Source: the human T2T-CHM13v2.0 reference genome, Homo sapiens. Taken from it: a stretch of 64,000 bases of DNA. The stretch lies in NCBI RefSeq assembly GCF_009914755.1, contig NC_060947.1, one strand, 5' to 3'. Every line of letters begins with the position of its first letter. Positions within the stretch are counted from its first letter, which is position 1. This document shows positions 1 through 13,285 of this stretch, in pieces. The position numbers and the translations under genes are program-made. A model generated the notes under the pieces. It was not told the DNA's origin. It saw nothing but the letters and a program-made list of their open reading frames with translations, and ran no database searches.

Positions 1-350
1 ACTTAGTGGGAGGAATAGGAAAAAGCACATCTAATCCATCCTTCTGGAAGTGGAAGTTTCCCGATTTGTCTTAAATTTTAAGATGCTCATGGTTAAAGGG
101 ACATATATAACCTAATTTCTTCATATGATTTCATCTTCTGCTAGTCTTTTACATTTTTTCCCATTACACATTGAACCCCCAACCACAAAAGAACACTGAG
201 ATCCGATAACCACCTCCAAGTCATTTTTTCTCCATTGAGACAGTAAAACTTGTTTCCTAAAAAGGTATAGTACAGTTTTTTTTTTTTTTTGATGGTGGGA
301 AAAGAAGAGTGTGTGTAGCAAAGAATGAAGAAAAGGTACTAGGTAAGGTC

Positions 351-376
351 CAATCAATCAATCCATCAATCAATCA
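351..376. repeat. (ATCA)n simple repeat
   Basis: caatcaatcaatccatcaatcaatca. Confidence 0.8.
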
Positions 377-979
377 TAGCTAACAGACTTGCAGATCCAG
401 GCTAAGAGCACAATTTTTTCTCTAACAACTGATTCATCATACACCTTAGTTTTCTAGCACATTGCCCTAATTCAGTACCATCTGCCACTATTAGATTAAT
501 ATACAATTATGATTTTGAGTACCAAAGTCATAATATGCAGAGCTTAAAGCTTTTGTTGTTGGTAACATCCTAAAAGTACATCTATAGAGTAATTTCATAA
601 TTAACAAAAAAGTACAATTTAATGAAAGATGTTTAGTGGATTTATAAAAGGTTGAAATTTCAGTAACTATTAAATTTTAAACTAGTTTGCTTAGTCATTT
701 GGGGTGATCTCATGCAAATTAATATTTCTCAGAATTATTAATTATCAGACACAATAGGAAGATAATGATTGCTTGACAGAAAGAAAAATGAGGAGTAGGA
801 GGAATAAGTAATGCTAGCAATGACAACTGTCATTTACCCAGCCTTATTTTATATTAAAAGCATTGGGCTACATACTTTATGAATTTGTATTTATTTTAGG
901 GTCTCAGGTACATTAAATTGGACCAGTCATGACACTTGGTTCATGACACACTCTCAGCAGTGGTCCGCTAGTTATTTAG

Positions 980-2555
980 CCAGTTATTTTAAGTAATGTA
1001 ATAAGCACCTGTAAACCTACAACCCAAAATAAAAGCTAAGATCTTGATAATAATCTACATCTAAATATAAGAGTTATTCATCCCCATCCTACCTCCCTCC
1101 CTCCTCCTAGCCAAGGTAACCATCTCCTAAATCCTGTGTTCATTATCCACTTGCTTTTCTTTTTATATAGTTTTATTATACCTATATGTAATCTCAAAAT
1201 TATATGTTTTAATTTTATATTTAACTTCATAAAAATATAACATGCTCTATGTAATCTTTTAGGCCTTCCTTTTTCACCTAATTTTATATTGCTAAGATTA
1301 ATCCATATTTTGTGTGTGGTTGTAGTTCATTTGTTCTGAATGCTGTATAATATGCCACTGCATGACTATACCACATTTTATTAATCTATTAATAATGCTG
1401 ATGAGAATTTAGGTTGTTTCTAGATTTTTGTATTGTGAATTGTGCTGCTTTAAATATGCTTGCATGTGTCTCCTGTTATCCATGAATGAATCAAAGATTC
1501 TCTTGAGTATTTACCTAGGAGTACAATTTTGGGGTCACAGGGTATATGTATGTTCAACTTTCAGAGAAAATGCCAAAATTGCTTGCAGCAATTTGTATAT
1601 ATTCCTACAAATAACACATAAGAAATCATGTGCTTCTACATTTCTGGGCTTTTTATTATTCTCAAGAATTTCATATGTCTAACACTTTCCTTTCTTAGCA
1701 TGGGTTCCTCATCTGAACCACAGAACATAGACAATTATTTGAGTGTCTATCTATATTCTCAATTCTCTAAAAGATAGTATATATCTAGTATTATTCTAAT
1801 TACATAAGAAAGAAATCAATTATTTATATGCAATAGATGTCTTAAGGCATTAGTACTTTGTTCTTTCCAGGAACCCCAATTTAGAAGGACTGCTTGGTAT
1901 TGTCACTTTTTATTTTTTGTCAACCAACTGGGTATAAAAGATATCTTATGTGATTTGATTTGCATTTTCCTGATTCATAATGATGTTTTATCTCTGAACA
2001 AGCTAACTGGCCAAATGTGTGTGTACAATTTTCTGAAATGTCTGTTCATGTCCTTTGTCCATTTTTTCTATGGGACTGCTTATGTTTTCTTAATAATTTT
2101 TCCAACTTCTTTATGTATTCTTGATATTATTTCTTTGCCAGTTGTATTTTAAGAATATTTTCTCTCAGTTTGTAACTTGTCTTTTCTCATTCTCTAACAT
2201 GTATTTTGATGAAAAAAGTTTTAAATTTTAATACAGTTAAATGTACCAATCTTTTATTTTATAGTCGATTCTTTTTGTGCCTTAACACATCTTTCACTAT
2301 TTCAAGGTTAGGAAGATATTCTATGATATTTTCTATTAAAAGTTTTGGAATTCTGTTTTGAAATGTATACTCTTGTAATTGATCTTGTATATATGGTGGG
2401 AGGCAGGTTTTATTTTCATTTTTCTTCATATGGATAACCATTTTTCCAGCTCCATTTGTTAGTCTCCAAATTTCCCACTGATCTGACATGCTACCTCTGT
2501 CACACATCAGACCTCCATATGCACATGGGTCTATTTCTGGGTTATTATATTCTGA
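980..2555 (-). mobile_element. Old L1 (L1ME-class) 3' portion, degraded, with an unrelated insert at ~1645-1890
   Basis: Antisense L1 ORF2/3'UTR motifs (tttgatttgcattttcctga, ggataaccatttttccagctccatttg). ORF 2259-2507 translates to L1 ORF2-like text. Confidence 0.75.
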
Positions 2556-2569
2556 AGAATTTTACATTC

Positions 2570-2800
2570 ATTATTTCATGTAGTCTTCACAATAAGTAAT
2601 TTGACATTATTTCATGTAATCTGCAAAATCACCTTATGAGGTAGGTGCTATTTTCTCCATTTTACAGATTTAGAAAATGAAAGCTTAGAGACACTAATTA
2701 CTGGTAAGATCACAAACTAATCTATGGATGTCAGCTCTAAGCCGAAGTTTCCAGAGCCCAAGCTTTCAAGCCATAATCAATACTGGCTCTTACTCTACTA
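2570..2800 (-). mobile_element. MIR fragment
   Basis: ccttatgaggtaggtgctattttctccattttacagat...aaatgaaagcttagag core. Confidence 0.7.
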
Positions 2801-2984
2801 CTTCATAAGAATGTTGCAAAAGTCAGTAAATATCACAGGCAGTAAACTATATGTTTAGCTCTGTATTAGTTACTGGGTGGGGTGAGGTAGGGTCAAGGAT
2901 ACTGTTGTGAAGGAAAGACAAAATTGTAGCCTTTGTTCATTTTGTGTACCCTTAACTTGCTTTATTATTATTGCTTTTTGAGGT

Positions 2985-3170
2985 AATTAAGTACCAGAAC
3001 TTATATATCTATTTGTTTATTATCTGCCCCACTCACTAGAATGCTACACGAGAGCAGGAACATATATTGTTTTATTTACTGCTGTATACCTATCAACTAA
3101 AACAGTACCTGGCACAGAGTAGGCATATGATAAGTATTTGTGGAATGAATGAATGTATGAATGAATAAAC
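2985..3170 (+). mobile_element. L2 3' end
   Basis: acagtacctggcacagagtaggc...gtatttgtggaatgaatgaat. Confidence 0.75.
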
Positions 3171-3254
3171 ATGATAATGCTTCTGTCACTGGAATATGGA
3201 CAATCTCACAGAAAATATTTTGAGTTCAAAAAAATCCTATGAAAGTAGGAAAAA

Positions 3255-3540
3255 TTTACTCATTCACTCAATACATGTACTGGGTACCTACTATGCATGT
3301 AGCACTGTGATGAGTACTGATAGAAGAGATACAAAGATGAGTAAGACATGAACCTTGACTTCATGAACTTACAAGCTAGTAGAATCTACGTGTGCATATA
3401 AATTCCTATAATACACAAGAAATAGTAAGTGCTATAAGAGAAAAATGCTAATTTGAACACAGGAGAATTTAATTCAGACTAGAAGATCTGGGTAGCCTTA
3501 ATGGTAGAAGTCGCCATGTTGGAGCTTGGTCTTGACAATG
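3255..3540 (-). mobile_element. L2 3' region (antisense)
   Basis: tcattcactcaatacatgtactgggtacctactatg...acaaagatgagtaagac. Confidence 0.65.
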
Positions 3541-6194
3541 TTTTTCCTTCAAATAAGATGAAAACTGTGGAAGTGCACTGCATACTTATTTAGCCAAAAG
3601 TTACTACTTACAGATATCTTTGCATAAAGTAACCCACACAGTGGTAAAACATTTTCATTTGGGGGAGCATATTGGATTTTGCCTGGTTAAGAGGAGGAGG
3701 ATATTTCAGGTAGAGGGAATGGATTGAAAGCATAGGGCATGTTTTAGCAAGGAGTTGAATGTTGCTGTAACTGGGCTCAAGGGAGACAGGGTGGCTGGCA
3801 TTTGAAGTCAAGGGTTCAGGCTATTTGACACTTTTAAGAGACTAAGTGACAGTGGAGGAGGCAGGCAGGTCATAACAGGCAGTTATTTTCTTTTCTCTTC
3901 TTTCTCCCTTGTTATGTTACTTCCTTTCTCTTTTCTTTTTCCCATAGCAGAATGCAATGAAAAAGAAGACAGGATAGGGAGTCTGAAGACACAAAATCAA
4001 GGCATAGTTCTGATACTGAACTGCTGTATGTTTGGAAACTTAATTCAATTAAAGCTGGGGGCAGGGAGCAGTTTTCTAAAACTACACAAATGCCCTTCTC
4101 CCTGTAAATGTTTTTTGTTAGCTGCTCCAAAAGGAATACCTCCTTCTAGCTGCTATCACCCTCTCACAAGGATCACTGCTATAGTGTCAGATAAATACAC
4201 CCTTAGGCATGTTGGTTGAGAATCACTGAACAAAATGATCTCTAAGTGTCCCCTCTTTCCAACCACCCCAGCCTGCTGTCCACCACCTTGCCACATTATC
4301 TGATTCTTTTCTTATTCCCAACTAAGCTTTCAGTCTAACAGTAGACTTGTATATGGGGATTGCTTGGTCTTTCTGGAGGTGCACAGGGCTACAAATTCTT
4401 GTCCTGGAGGAAAACTAACCATGAGTGGCCACAGAAAACTGAAAGACTTGAGCACCTGCTCCACAGGCAGGGAAGGGGATAAAATTACTGGGCTGCCACT
4501 AACTTGCAAAAATAACTCGGGGGCTATCCTGGATGCAAAAGCAGCCTGATCCTTTCAAAGAACAATTGTGAGAAATGATGTGTGTTGTGGGGAGGGCAGA
4601 GAACAGAGTGACAGAATTCTAAATTATAGAGCTATCCTTCAAGGCCTAATTCTTTAGAACTTTCTCAGATATAGTTTGGATGGGAGTGACAGGGTAGGGT
4701 AGAGAGGGGAAGAAGATGATCGGTCTAAGATTCATAGTCTTTTTTTTAAGCTGACTTACTCTTAAGAAAGTTTTAAATTGCACACAAAGGAAAATGCACC
4801 CTCCGCATGACGCTCTATGAAGCCTAATTATTGGAGCAAATGTTTACTGAATTAATTTTAGAAATACAATACCAATGCTGCCTGTTTCATAATCTAGGGG
4901 AAGTATTTTCTTCTCAAGCCATGTTCAGCCTGCAACAGGAAGCCAATTATCACCCCAGAACATTTCTCAGTGAAAAATATGTCATTCCTTCTTAGGACAA
5001 TTAAGGCTTAAGCAGGCTTAAGCCCCCATCTCACAGTGTTTTCTTATTTTTACCATCTAAATACCTATCAATCCAAACCAAGATCAATTCCATTTACATA
5101 ACCTAAAGATGTCACTAACATTTGGACAAGGGAAATTTTGGAAAAGGACAAGATATCTTTTTTGCTTACTTGAATGCCCACATTGGCTTTTCCTGAAATC
5201 AGAGGATAATAATGGGGCTGCTGAGGGAAAAATGCAGGAAATAGGCAGTGGTACTGATTAAATGAGAGTAAATTCAGTTTTATTACTTTCATGTAAACTC
5301 AGTAATTCTAACTAAGAACTAACAAATGTAGTCCCTTTAGAATTCCTAGGAAAGTGTTTTTCATCAGTGGAAGGAAATAATTTCTAGTTACCAGATGTAC
5401 GCACTCTGAAGACTGGAGCTAGGTCTTACTCAAGTCTCGGTTTCTGCTAGAAATTAGCATATTCATCTACCCTTCCATCCAACATCACCTGACACACAGT
5501 AGGCATCCAATACATGTTTGCCGAGTAAACATATTGGCATATTATGTTTGCAATTGTCTGCTCTTGAGAATGCTTCCAAATGGCTTGCATAAATAGGCTA
5601 AATATTGTCCTGAGAGCATTTTTAAAAATGCGATTAGCAAACTTTTTATTTCTTAGAGATGACAAATTTTTACAGTCCTAAATAATATGGATAGAAATTT
5701 AAGATGTTTTCCATGTGCCAAAAGAAGAAGACGTTCCATTTCCCTTTATAGACATGAGACAGAACTCTTCCAGAGCTCATTCTGTGTAATCAAACACTTT
5801 CAAGTGGCAACCAAACATTCCAACGTGCCTAAGCTATCTGAATGTCATAGCAAAAGACAGCTGGTGATACGATGTTAGAATGACCAGAATTTATACCATA
5901 TTCACATTCCCTTTAGCACATACCAGATTCCACAGCTCTAAGACAGGTGTGTTCTGCTACCCTATTTTTCCCTCAAAGAGCACCTGGAGCCTGTCTAGAA
6001 AACAGACCAAGAGCTTTACTGCCAACCACTGTAGGTGGGATGACTAGATTTTCTAATTATAGAATTAGGAAAACGTAATTTGACATACGCACTTGTACTT
6101 TTGGGGGCAATGGGATAGAACATGTGACACTGGGGCTGCTCTGAAAACTCCAGAAAGTGTGGATTTCCATGCTTAAAGGAATGACTAGAGAATC

Positions 6195-7060
6195 TACAAA
6201 AGGGAAGTAACTTTATAAAACAGACAATGTGAAAGAACACAGCACAAACAGTGTTAAAATACATGAGAAAACATTTATAACACATTTAACAGAGAAAGCA
6301 TTAATTTACATGACATAAAAAGAACCCTTACAAGTCCATAATTTAAAAAAAAAGAAAAATGGGCAAAGGATATCACAAATGATTGATAAAAGAAACACAA
6401 AGGACTAGTAAACATTTGAAAAATATGCTCAAATTCAGTATTCATCACAAAAATGCAAATAAAGCAGTAAGGAGCTATCATTCCTGACCTGTCAAATTGG
6501 CAAAAATTTATAGGATTAATGATATCATGCACTGGCAAGAAGACAGGAAATGACTCAAATACCAGGGTTGAGATTCTGACTTGGTGAAGCCTTTGCAGAA
6601 GCCATTGTGGTAGTATTCGTCATCAAAATGTACAAGGCCCTTAACCCTTCAACCCAGCAAACTTACTTCTTGGAGTCTATTCTAGAGTAATACTTGTTCA
6701 CGTGTACAAAGCAGCACGATCATGGCTGTTCATTGCAGCACTGTTTGTGGTGGCAGCCAAAAGACAGGAATAATTTAAGTATCCATCAACAGGAGGATCT
6801 CAATAGTAAATTTCCCAACCTCTGATATGGCCCAGCAGGCACTTATTAAAAAGAGGGAGAGAAAGTAAGGGTAGAGATTATCTTTGTGGGGAAGTGACTG
6901 GAAAAGGGCACAGGAGTCTTCTGAGGTGCCAGAAATCTCTGTGCCATCTTTCAGGTGCTTGTTATACGAGTATGCTGTTTGTGAAAGTTCATTGGTGTAC
7001 ATATATAATTTGTGTACCTTTATGTGCTTCAATAATAACATCTTAAAATAATAAAACAAA
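6195..7060 (+). mobile_element. Old L1 (L1ME4-like) 3' end
   Basis: aaaatgggcaaaggatat...atgcaaataaa...gttcattgcagcactgtttg, ending aaaataataaaa. Confidence 0.75.
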
Positions 7061-7074
7061 GATTTGGGAGATCC

Positions 7075-7745
7075 CATGTGTTAGTGGAAAGAGGATTATA
7101 CTAGGAAGGAGTTCTGAGTCCCAGCTCCTTTTGGCCTCAACTAGCTTGGGACCTTGGACAAGTCACTTAGGCTGAATCACAGTTGAGATGACTCACCTGT
7201 AAAAGTGGGCATAATTATACCCTGCATAGATAAGTGGGCCAGATGATTTTAATATAGTTTTTTTCGTTTCTAGGCTCCACAACTCTTCAAGCCCTATTAG
7301 TTCCGAATGATAAACCACCAGTAAGTTTTTTGGATCTATCTCCTCTTCTCCATCCCTATTTCCACAACACTGACTCAGGTCCATATATCACTTCCCTGGG
7401 CTATTTCAAAAGTCTTCAACCTGGTCTCCCCAGTTCTAGTTTTGCCTTTTTATAATCCATGATAACCTTCTGGTTAGAGTATCTTCTGAAAGTCTAGCTC
7501 AGATCAAATCACTTCCTTCTTCAGAAATCTTAGAAAGCAGTGGGGCATAATGCAAAGTGCACAGGTCTCACTGTCATTTAAAAACCTGCGTTTGAAGAGC
7601 CTACTGGCTGTCTCATCTTGTGCAATCCAGTGAGCCTCTGAACCTCACTTACCTCATATGCAAGATGAGAGTACTAATAGGACCTTCTTCACAGGGTTAT
7701 GGTGAAAAGACTTTCACTTACTAGTGTGCCAAGTCCTAAGTTACA
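7075..7745 (+). mobile_element. Cluster of MIR (7075-7260), L2 (7300-7530) and MIR (7535-7745) fragments
   Basis: gaccttggacaagtcactt; cagatcaaatcacttcc; cctctgaacctcacttacctcatatgcaagatg. Confidence 0.6.
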
Positions 7746-8649
7746 GTAAACATCAGTTAGGGGCCCAGAAGGAAGGCAGAGTAAAGTTCCTTAGCTACCA
7801 CTTCTTCACTTGCTCCAATCAAGGCAGAAAATACTTCTGGGCAGTCTGAGCTGCAAGACAAAGCTTTCTACTCGACTGACTGGCTGTTTGACAGGAGGGC
7901 AAAAAGTGAAAGGCATCTCCCGCTTTGTAGGCAATGCCACTGAGAGTGTGGTGCTTTGTAGCAAAGGATGACAGTCTTAACTGATGGCAAGCTGCAGCCT
8001 GGAAGATCTGTAGTCCTCTCTGCACACCTAATGTGGTAATAACTGCTTAACAGAGACCTCACACAAAATCAAGAGAAGCTGAAAGCTTGTGGTTGCCTTG
8101 CTAATGTAATTTAGGATGCATTAGTCAATGTTTCTCAGGCTGTTCATCCTAGATCAGGGTAATTATGGAGGGGAATAAAAAAGGCCAGATTAGAAAACAG
8201 CTTGCCAGCAGAACCACTGTATTTGTATGAGGTGATATGTGAATCAGCATCTGAAAACGGTATGTAGTTATGACTTGTTGCCTGCTCAGACTTTATGTCA
8301 AGCTCTGAAGCAAATTCAGCACTTAGTGTTCATCTCAGAGAAAAAGCCTGGTCACTGTGGTTTGTCACACAAGCCTCTTGCCAGATAAAAAGGCCACTCA
8401 TGCTGGGAATGCCTCTCACATTACAAGATTTACACAATCTCCAGGAACTAATCTTGGGCAAAGATGGGATGTTTTCAACTTGATCTCTTATCTTTCCAAT
8501 AAACTACACCAAGCATCTTCTACGTTTTACCTCCTCCCCACGAAGCTTCCTTGACCGACCAGAAGAAAGCAGATGGCTTCTTTAGCTGCACCCTAATTTC
8601 ACATAAAATTTCATGAAAATGCCTCCACTCTTCATCCCAATTGTGCACT

Positions 8650-9340
8650 TGCACTCAATCTTCTACCTGGCATAGTGCCTAGTACGTAAAAGACACTCAG
8701 TAAATATTTGCTCTTATTTACTGAGTGTTCACTACGACCTGTCACTCTTTCATAGCATTCAGCATAATTGCAAATAATTGTTAGCGTAGTTATTTGCTTA
8801 ATGACTGTCTTCTTTACTAGACTGTTAGCATCTCAAGGCCAGAATTGGATTCTGTCTCATTCACAGCTTATTGTGGTAACTTAAAGCCTACCACTATGCC
8901 TCACACTTATTAAGACTAAATAAATATTCACTGAATAAAAGAAAACCAGGCACTAAGCACTATTTATTCGTTTTCTCACTGAATCCTAAAACAACCCTGT
9001 GCACTTGGTATTATTACCTCTATTTTGTAGGTAAAGAAACTAGGCTTCAAGAGCTGCAATAACTTGCCTAAAGTCAGGGCCAGGATTCTGAACACGTGCT
9101 CTTAACAACTGTTACTCTGCCTCCCTCTTTCAAATCTGCTTATACTATTTATTAGTTGTCGCCTGGAAAAATTTCCTATGTTTTCCAAGCCTCAGGTTTT
9201 TAAAAAATCTGTAAAGAAGTGGGGAATGGTGTCTATCTTACAGATTTCTTGGGAAGTTTGCTTGAGTTTATACATGTAAAGCACTTGGTCATAGCGGTTG
9301 GCATACAATCAATATTTAATAAAAGCTACTGCTGCTGTTA
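8650..9340. mobile_element. L2 3' ends followed by two oppositely oriented MIR fragments
   Basis: cactcagtaaatatttg; taaatattcactgaataa; gaaactaggcttcaagag...aacttgcctaaagtca; aagcctcagg...tgtaaagcactt. Confidence 0.6.
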
Positions 9341-10021
9341 TAGTTTCTATTGAATCAAATATGCAGAAGAATGTGGCTGGAGATAGGGAATGCCACCTGC
9401 TGAAACCTGCCCCCTCTCCCAAAATTAGTACACTCTGTTTCTGCAGTTGAGTATCTCTCTAATGGTTTTGTGTACCACTCTCATCACCTCACCATATTCT
9501 ACAAAACAGCTTGAACACTAAAGATGCTTTTGCTTAAAATTCAAATGCAGAATAAGCAAAATATTTTAAAATTAATTATATTACACAAGCAATTGCTCAA
9601 TGTGAAATACTACAATCTACATGACTTAAATTGAATAGCTCACATTATGGAGGATATGGAAGATTGGAAAAAAATCAAGACTGTCCCCTTAGCACACAAA
9701 AAGAGGGAATTTCATCATTATGGATTTTTATTTCTGTAGATAATCAATGGACATCAGGAAATAGAGCAGAGAAAGCAGAGAAAGAGAAAATTGCAAATTA
9801 GGTGGTCTCTTCTTTCTGTGTTGAGATACCTAGAGAGGTCAACATTTACACAACCACTTTACCATCTTTTGGTCTACTCTGTTACTGTCACTTCTGTCAT
9901 TTCAGTTCCTAATAGAGGACTCTGGACACACTGTGTCACAGAATACTACAAATGTCCAGCATTCTGAATCACAGTGGCCTAGGTACATGTATAATAGTCC
10001 TTTGATACAGTATAATTAGCT

Positions 10022-10350
10022 GCACTGCTTCTCAAGTGTGGCTGCATATTGGAATCCTCTGGGGTGCTCTGAAATAGCATAGACACCTGGCCCCATTTTC
10101 ATTTTGATTTAATTGATTCCAGACACTGATTTTGGAGCTATATTGCCTGGGTTTGAATCTCACCTCCTCTACTTACTATTGGGACACATTACTATTTGGA
10201 CAAATTAGTATCTGTGTTTGTTTCCTTATCTGTAAAGTGAGGATAATAACTGTGCTTACCTGATAGGGTTGCTGTGAAAATCAAATAATATATTTGAAAT
10301 ACATAGTGTCAGGCACACAGTAGGTGTTCCATAGGTATTAGCTATTAGTA
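10022..10350. mobile_element. MER5-type hAT fragment (10022-10120) followed by MIR (10120-10350)
   Basis: cttctcaagtgtggctgcatattggaatc; tgcctgggtttgaatctc...tttccttatctgtaaagtgaggataata. Confidence 0.65.
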
Positions 10351-10891
10351 GTAGTAGTAAAACGGTATTTTAATTGTTATACTTTGGTGTTGTGGAAGAG
10401 AAGGGAAAGCTTGTAGAGTTTGCAACCACATGTGACAATGCTGAAATGGCAGCAGAAGTATTCTGTGTTTCAAATTTATAAAAATGAAATCTCTTCATTG
10501 TAAGGTACTACTTCAACAATAGAGGATATGAGTTTGATTCCATTTGGAATGTCTCAATTTTGTACATGAAGAAGTAAAATATAAATGTAACACATGTGTA
10601 CTAGAACAACCCTATTTACCTATACCACACAATGGACTGTCATTGCCAGTTTCCCCTGGTATAAAAAAATCCTAAGGAAAAGACTTTGAAAAATCAAAAT
10701 CATGCTAATCTTAAACAGTGATATTGGGGATTGTAGGGGTTTGGTTCTTGTCCCCACTTGTTGCCATTCTGTGGCGAAGAAGAAATTTCCATTGTGTTTG
10801 TGGAGGGGGACACAGAGTACCATAAAAACTTCTCTGGGCTTTCACCCCTGCTTGTTCTTTGGCACAGGAGCAAGATTGACTTATCTGATTA

Positions 10892-11202
<311 letters not shown>

Positions 11203-12076
11203 TCATGGCCTATCCTGTGCATTCTGGCTCTCAGGTCTAAATGCCCTCCAACTCTTTTATGAGTGAGTAGAGCCTAGTCAGGGCACAGGCACCATCTTCT
11301 AGAGGTAGACCTACAGGCCCATTTTGCTCTTCATTTCTAGCTTCCACTGAAGTGTGACACAGGCCATCACTCTCAAGGGCGCTGGGACGGTAAATGGTCT
11401 GCTCTGAAGGCTCACTCATCTCCACAGGTGAGTATCAAGGAATACATTTGAAGCTAGAGGTGGTAGGAAGTCTCATTAGGCCTTAGACACAAGCCATGTT
11501 CTTCAACATAATTTTATCTATAATAAAGTCGATGCCATATTTTGTTCCTCCTGAGGTGTTTTGTGTTTTTTTTTTCTCAGTTTGATTCAGAACTGGAAAA
11601 AGAAAACCAGTGTGGTTATTTCATGCTCTTACACCATAACAAGCAGAGCAGTAACCATAAAAGTATTATCTGACTGCTTTTAAGTTGCTTTCCCCATTAA
11701 ACAAATTTGGAAACTGAGGCTTAGAAATGGCTTCTGTGGTCCACCTAAGGCCAAAAGTCTAATAATAAGTGTCAAATTCAGTACTAAAAGCACAGACTTC
11801 AGTATAGTTTTCACTACATGTCTGAGTGTGCTCCTTTCCCTTATTAAGGCTAGCGAGGACCTTACAGGTCCCAAGGACAAAAATGACATTTGCTTTCTGC
11901 ACTTTACTAAGCTAGGAGGAGATGAAAACAACCTCTCAAAATGCAAGAATCCTCTTACTCTGAAATTCAGTTTTACTCACCTAAAACTGATTTTTTTTCC
12001 AGACAAATCTTTGCCCAATAATCACGAAATTGAAAGAGATTCTCTAGACGAAGTTATACAACAAAGTTTAAATCAC

Positions 12077-12482
12077 TGATATAGTTTAGGTATTTGTTCC
12101 TGCCCAAATCTCATGCTGAATTATAATCCCCAATGTTGGAGGTGGGGCCTGGTGAGAGGTGTTTTGGTCATGGGGGAAGATCCCTCATGGCTTGATGCTG
12201 TCCTTGTGATAGTGAGTTCTTATGAAATCTGGTTGTTGTAAAGTGTGGCGTCTCCCCCTCCACTCTCTCTCTTGCTCCTGCTTTCGCCATGTGACATGCC
12301 TGCTTCCCCTTTGAGTTCTGCCATGAGTAAAAGCTTCCTAAGGCCTCCCCAGAAGCTGAGCAGATGCCAGTACCATGCTTCCTATAAAGTCTGCCGAACC
12401 GTGAGACAATTAAACCTCTTTTCTTTATAAATTACCCAGTCTCAGGTATTTCTTTATAGCAATGAAAGAATGGCCTAACACA
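12077..12482 (+). mobile_element. MaLR solo LTR (MSTA/MSTB-like)
   Basis: TG...CA ends, tgatatagtttagg...cccaaatctcatg, attaaacctcttttctttataaattacccagtctc; 5-bp TSD atcac/accac. Confidence 0.9.
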
Positions 12483-12829
12483 ACCACAGACAAAACATAA
12501 GTATAAAATGTTTTCCTGCTTGAATGGAGTGGCCTTAAGGGTAGGCTGGGATGGAGGACACAAACTGTCCCTTACCAAGTAATCAGGTGTCACAAAAAGA
12601 TTCTTCTGTAATTTGCTGAGTTGCCCGAGTTCTGCTCTAAGAAAGCAATTCCTTCATAGGTATTTCCCAGTCTCAAACTCTTTTCTGTCTTGAGAACAAA
12701 GTGCCTTCCCCTGTGCAGCAGCCAAAACAGATACGGGGCCTCCCATACCACCAGGTGAGCTTGTGACAAATCACGTAGTACTATTAGCATGAGAGAAGTT
12801 AGCATTTCCAGGTTACAGATACACTTTCA

Positions 12830-13285
<456 letters not shown>

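Noticed and set aside
9645-9700. Vague U6 snRNA resemblance
   Set aside because: Only a few short word matches; the ACAGAGA box and 5' stem are absent.
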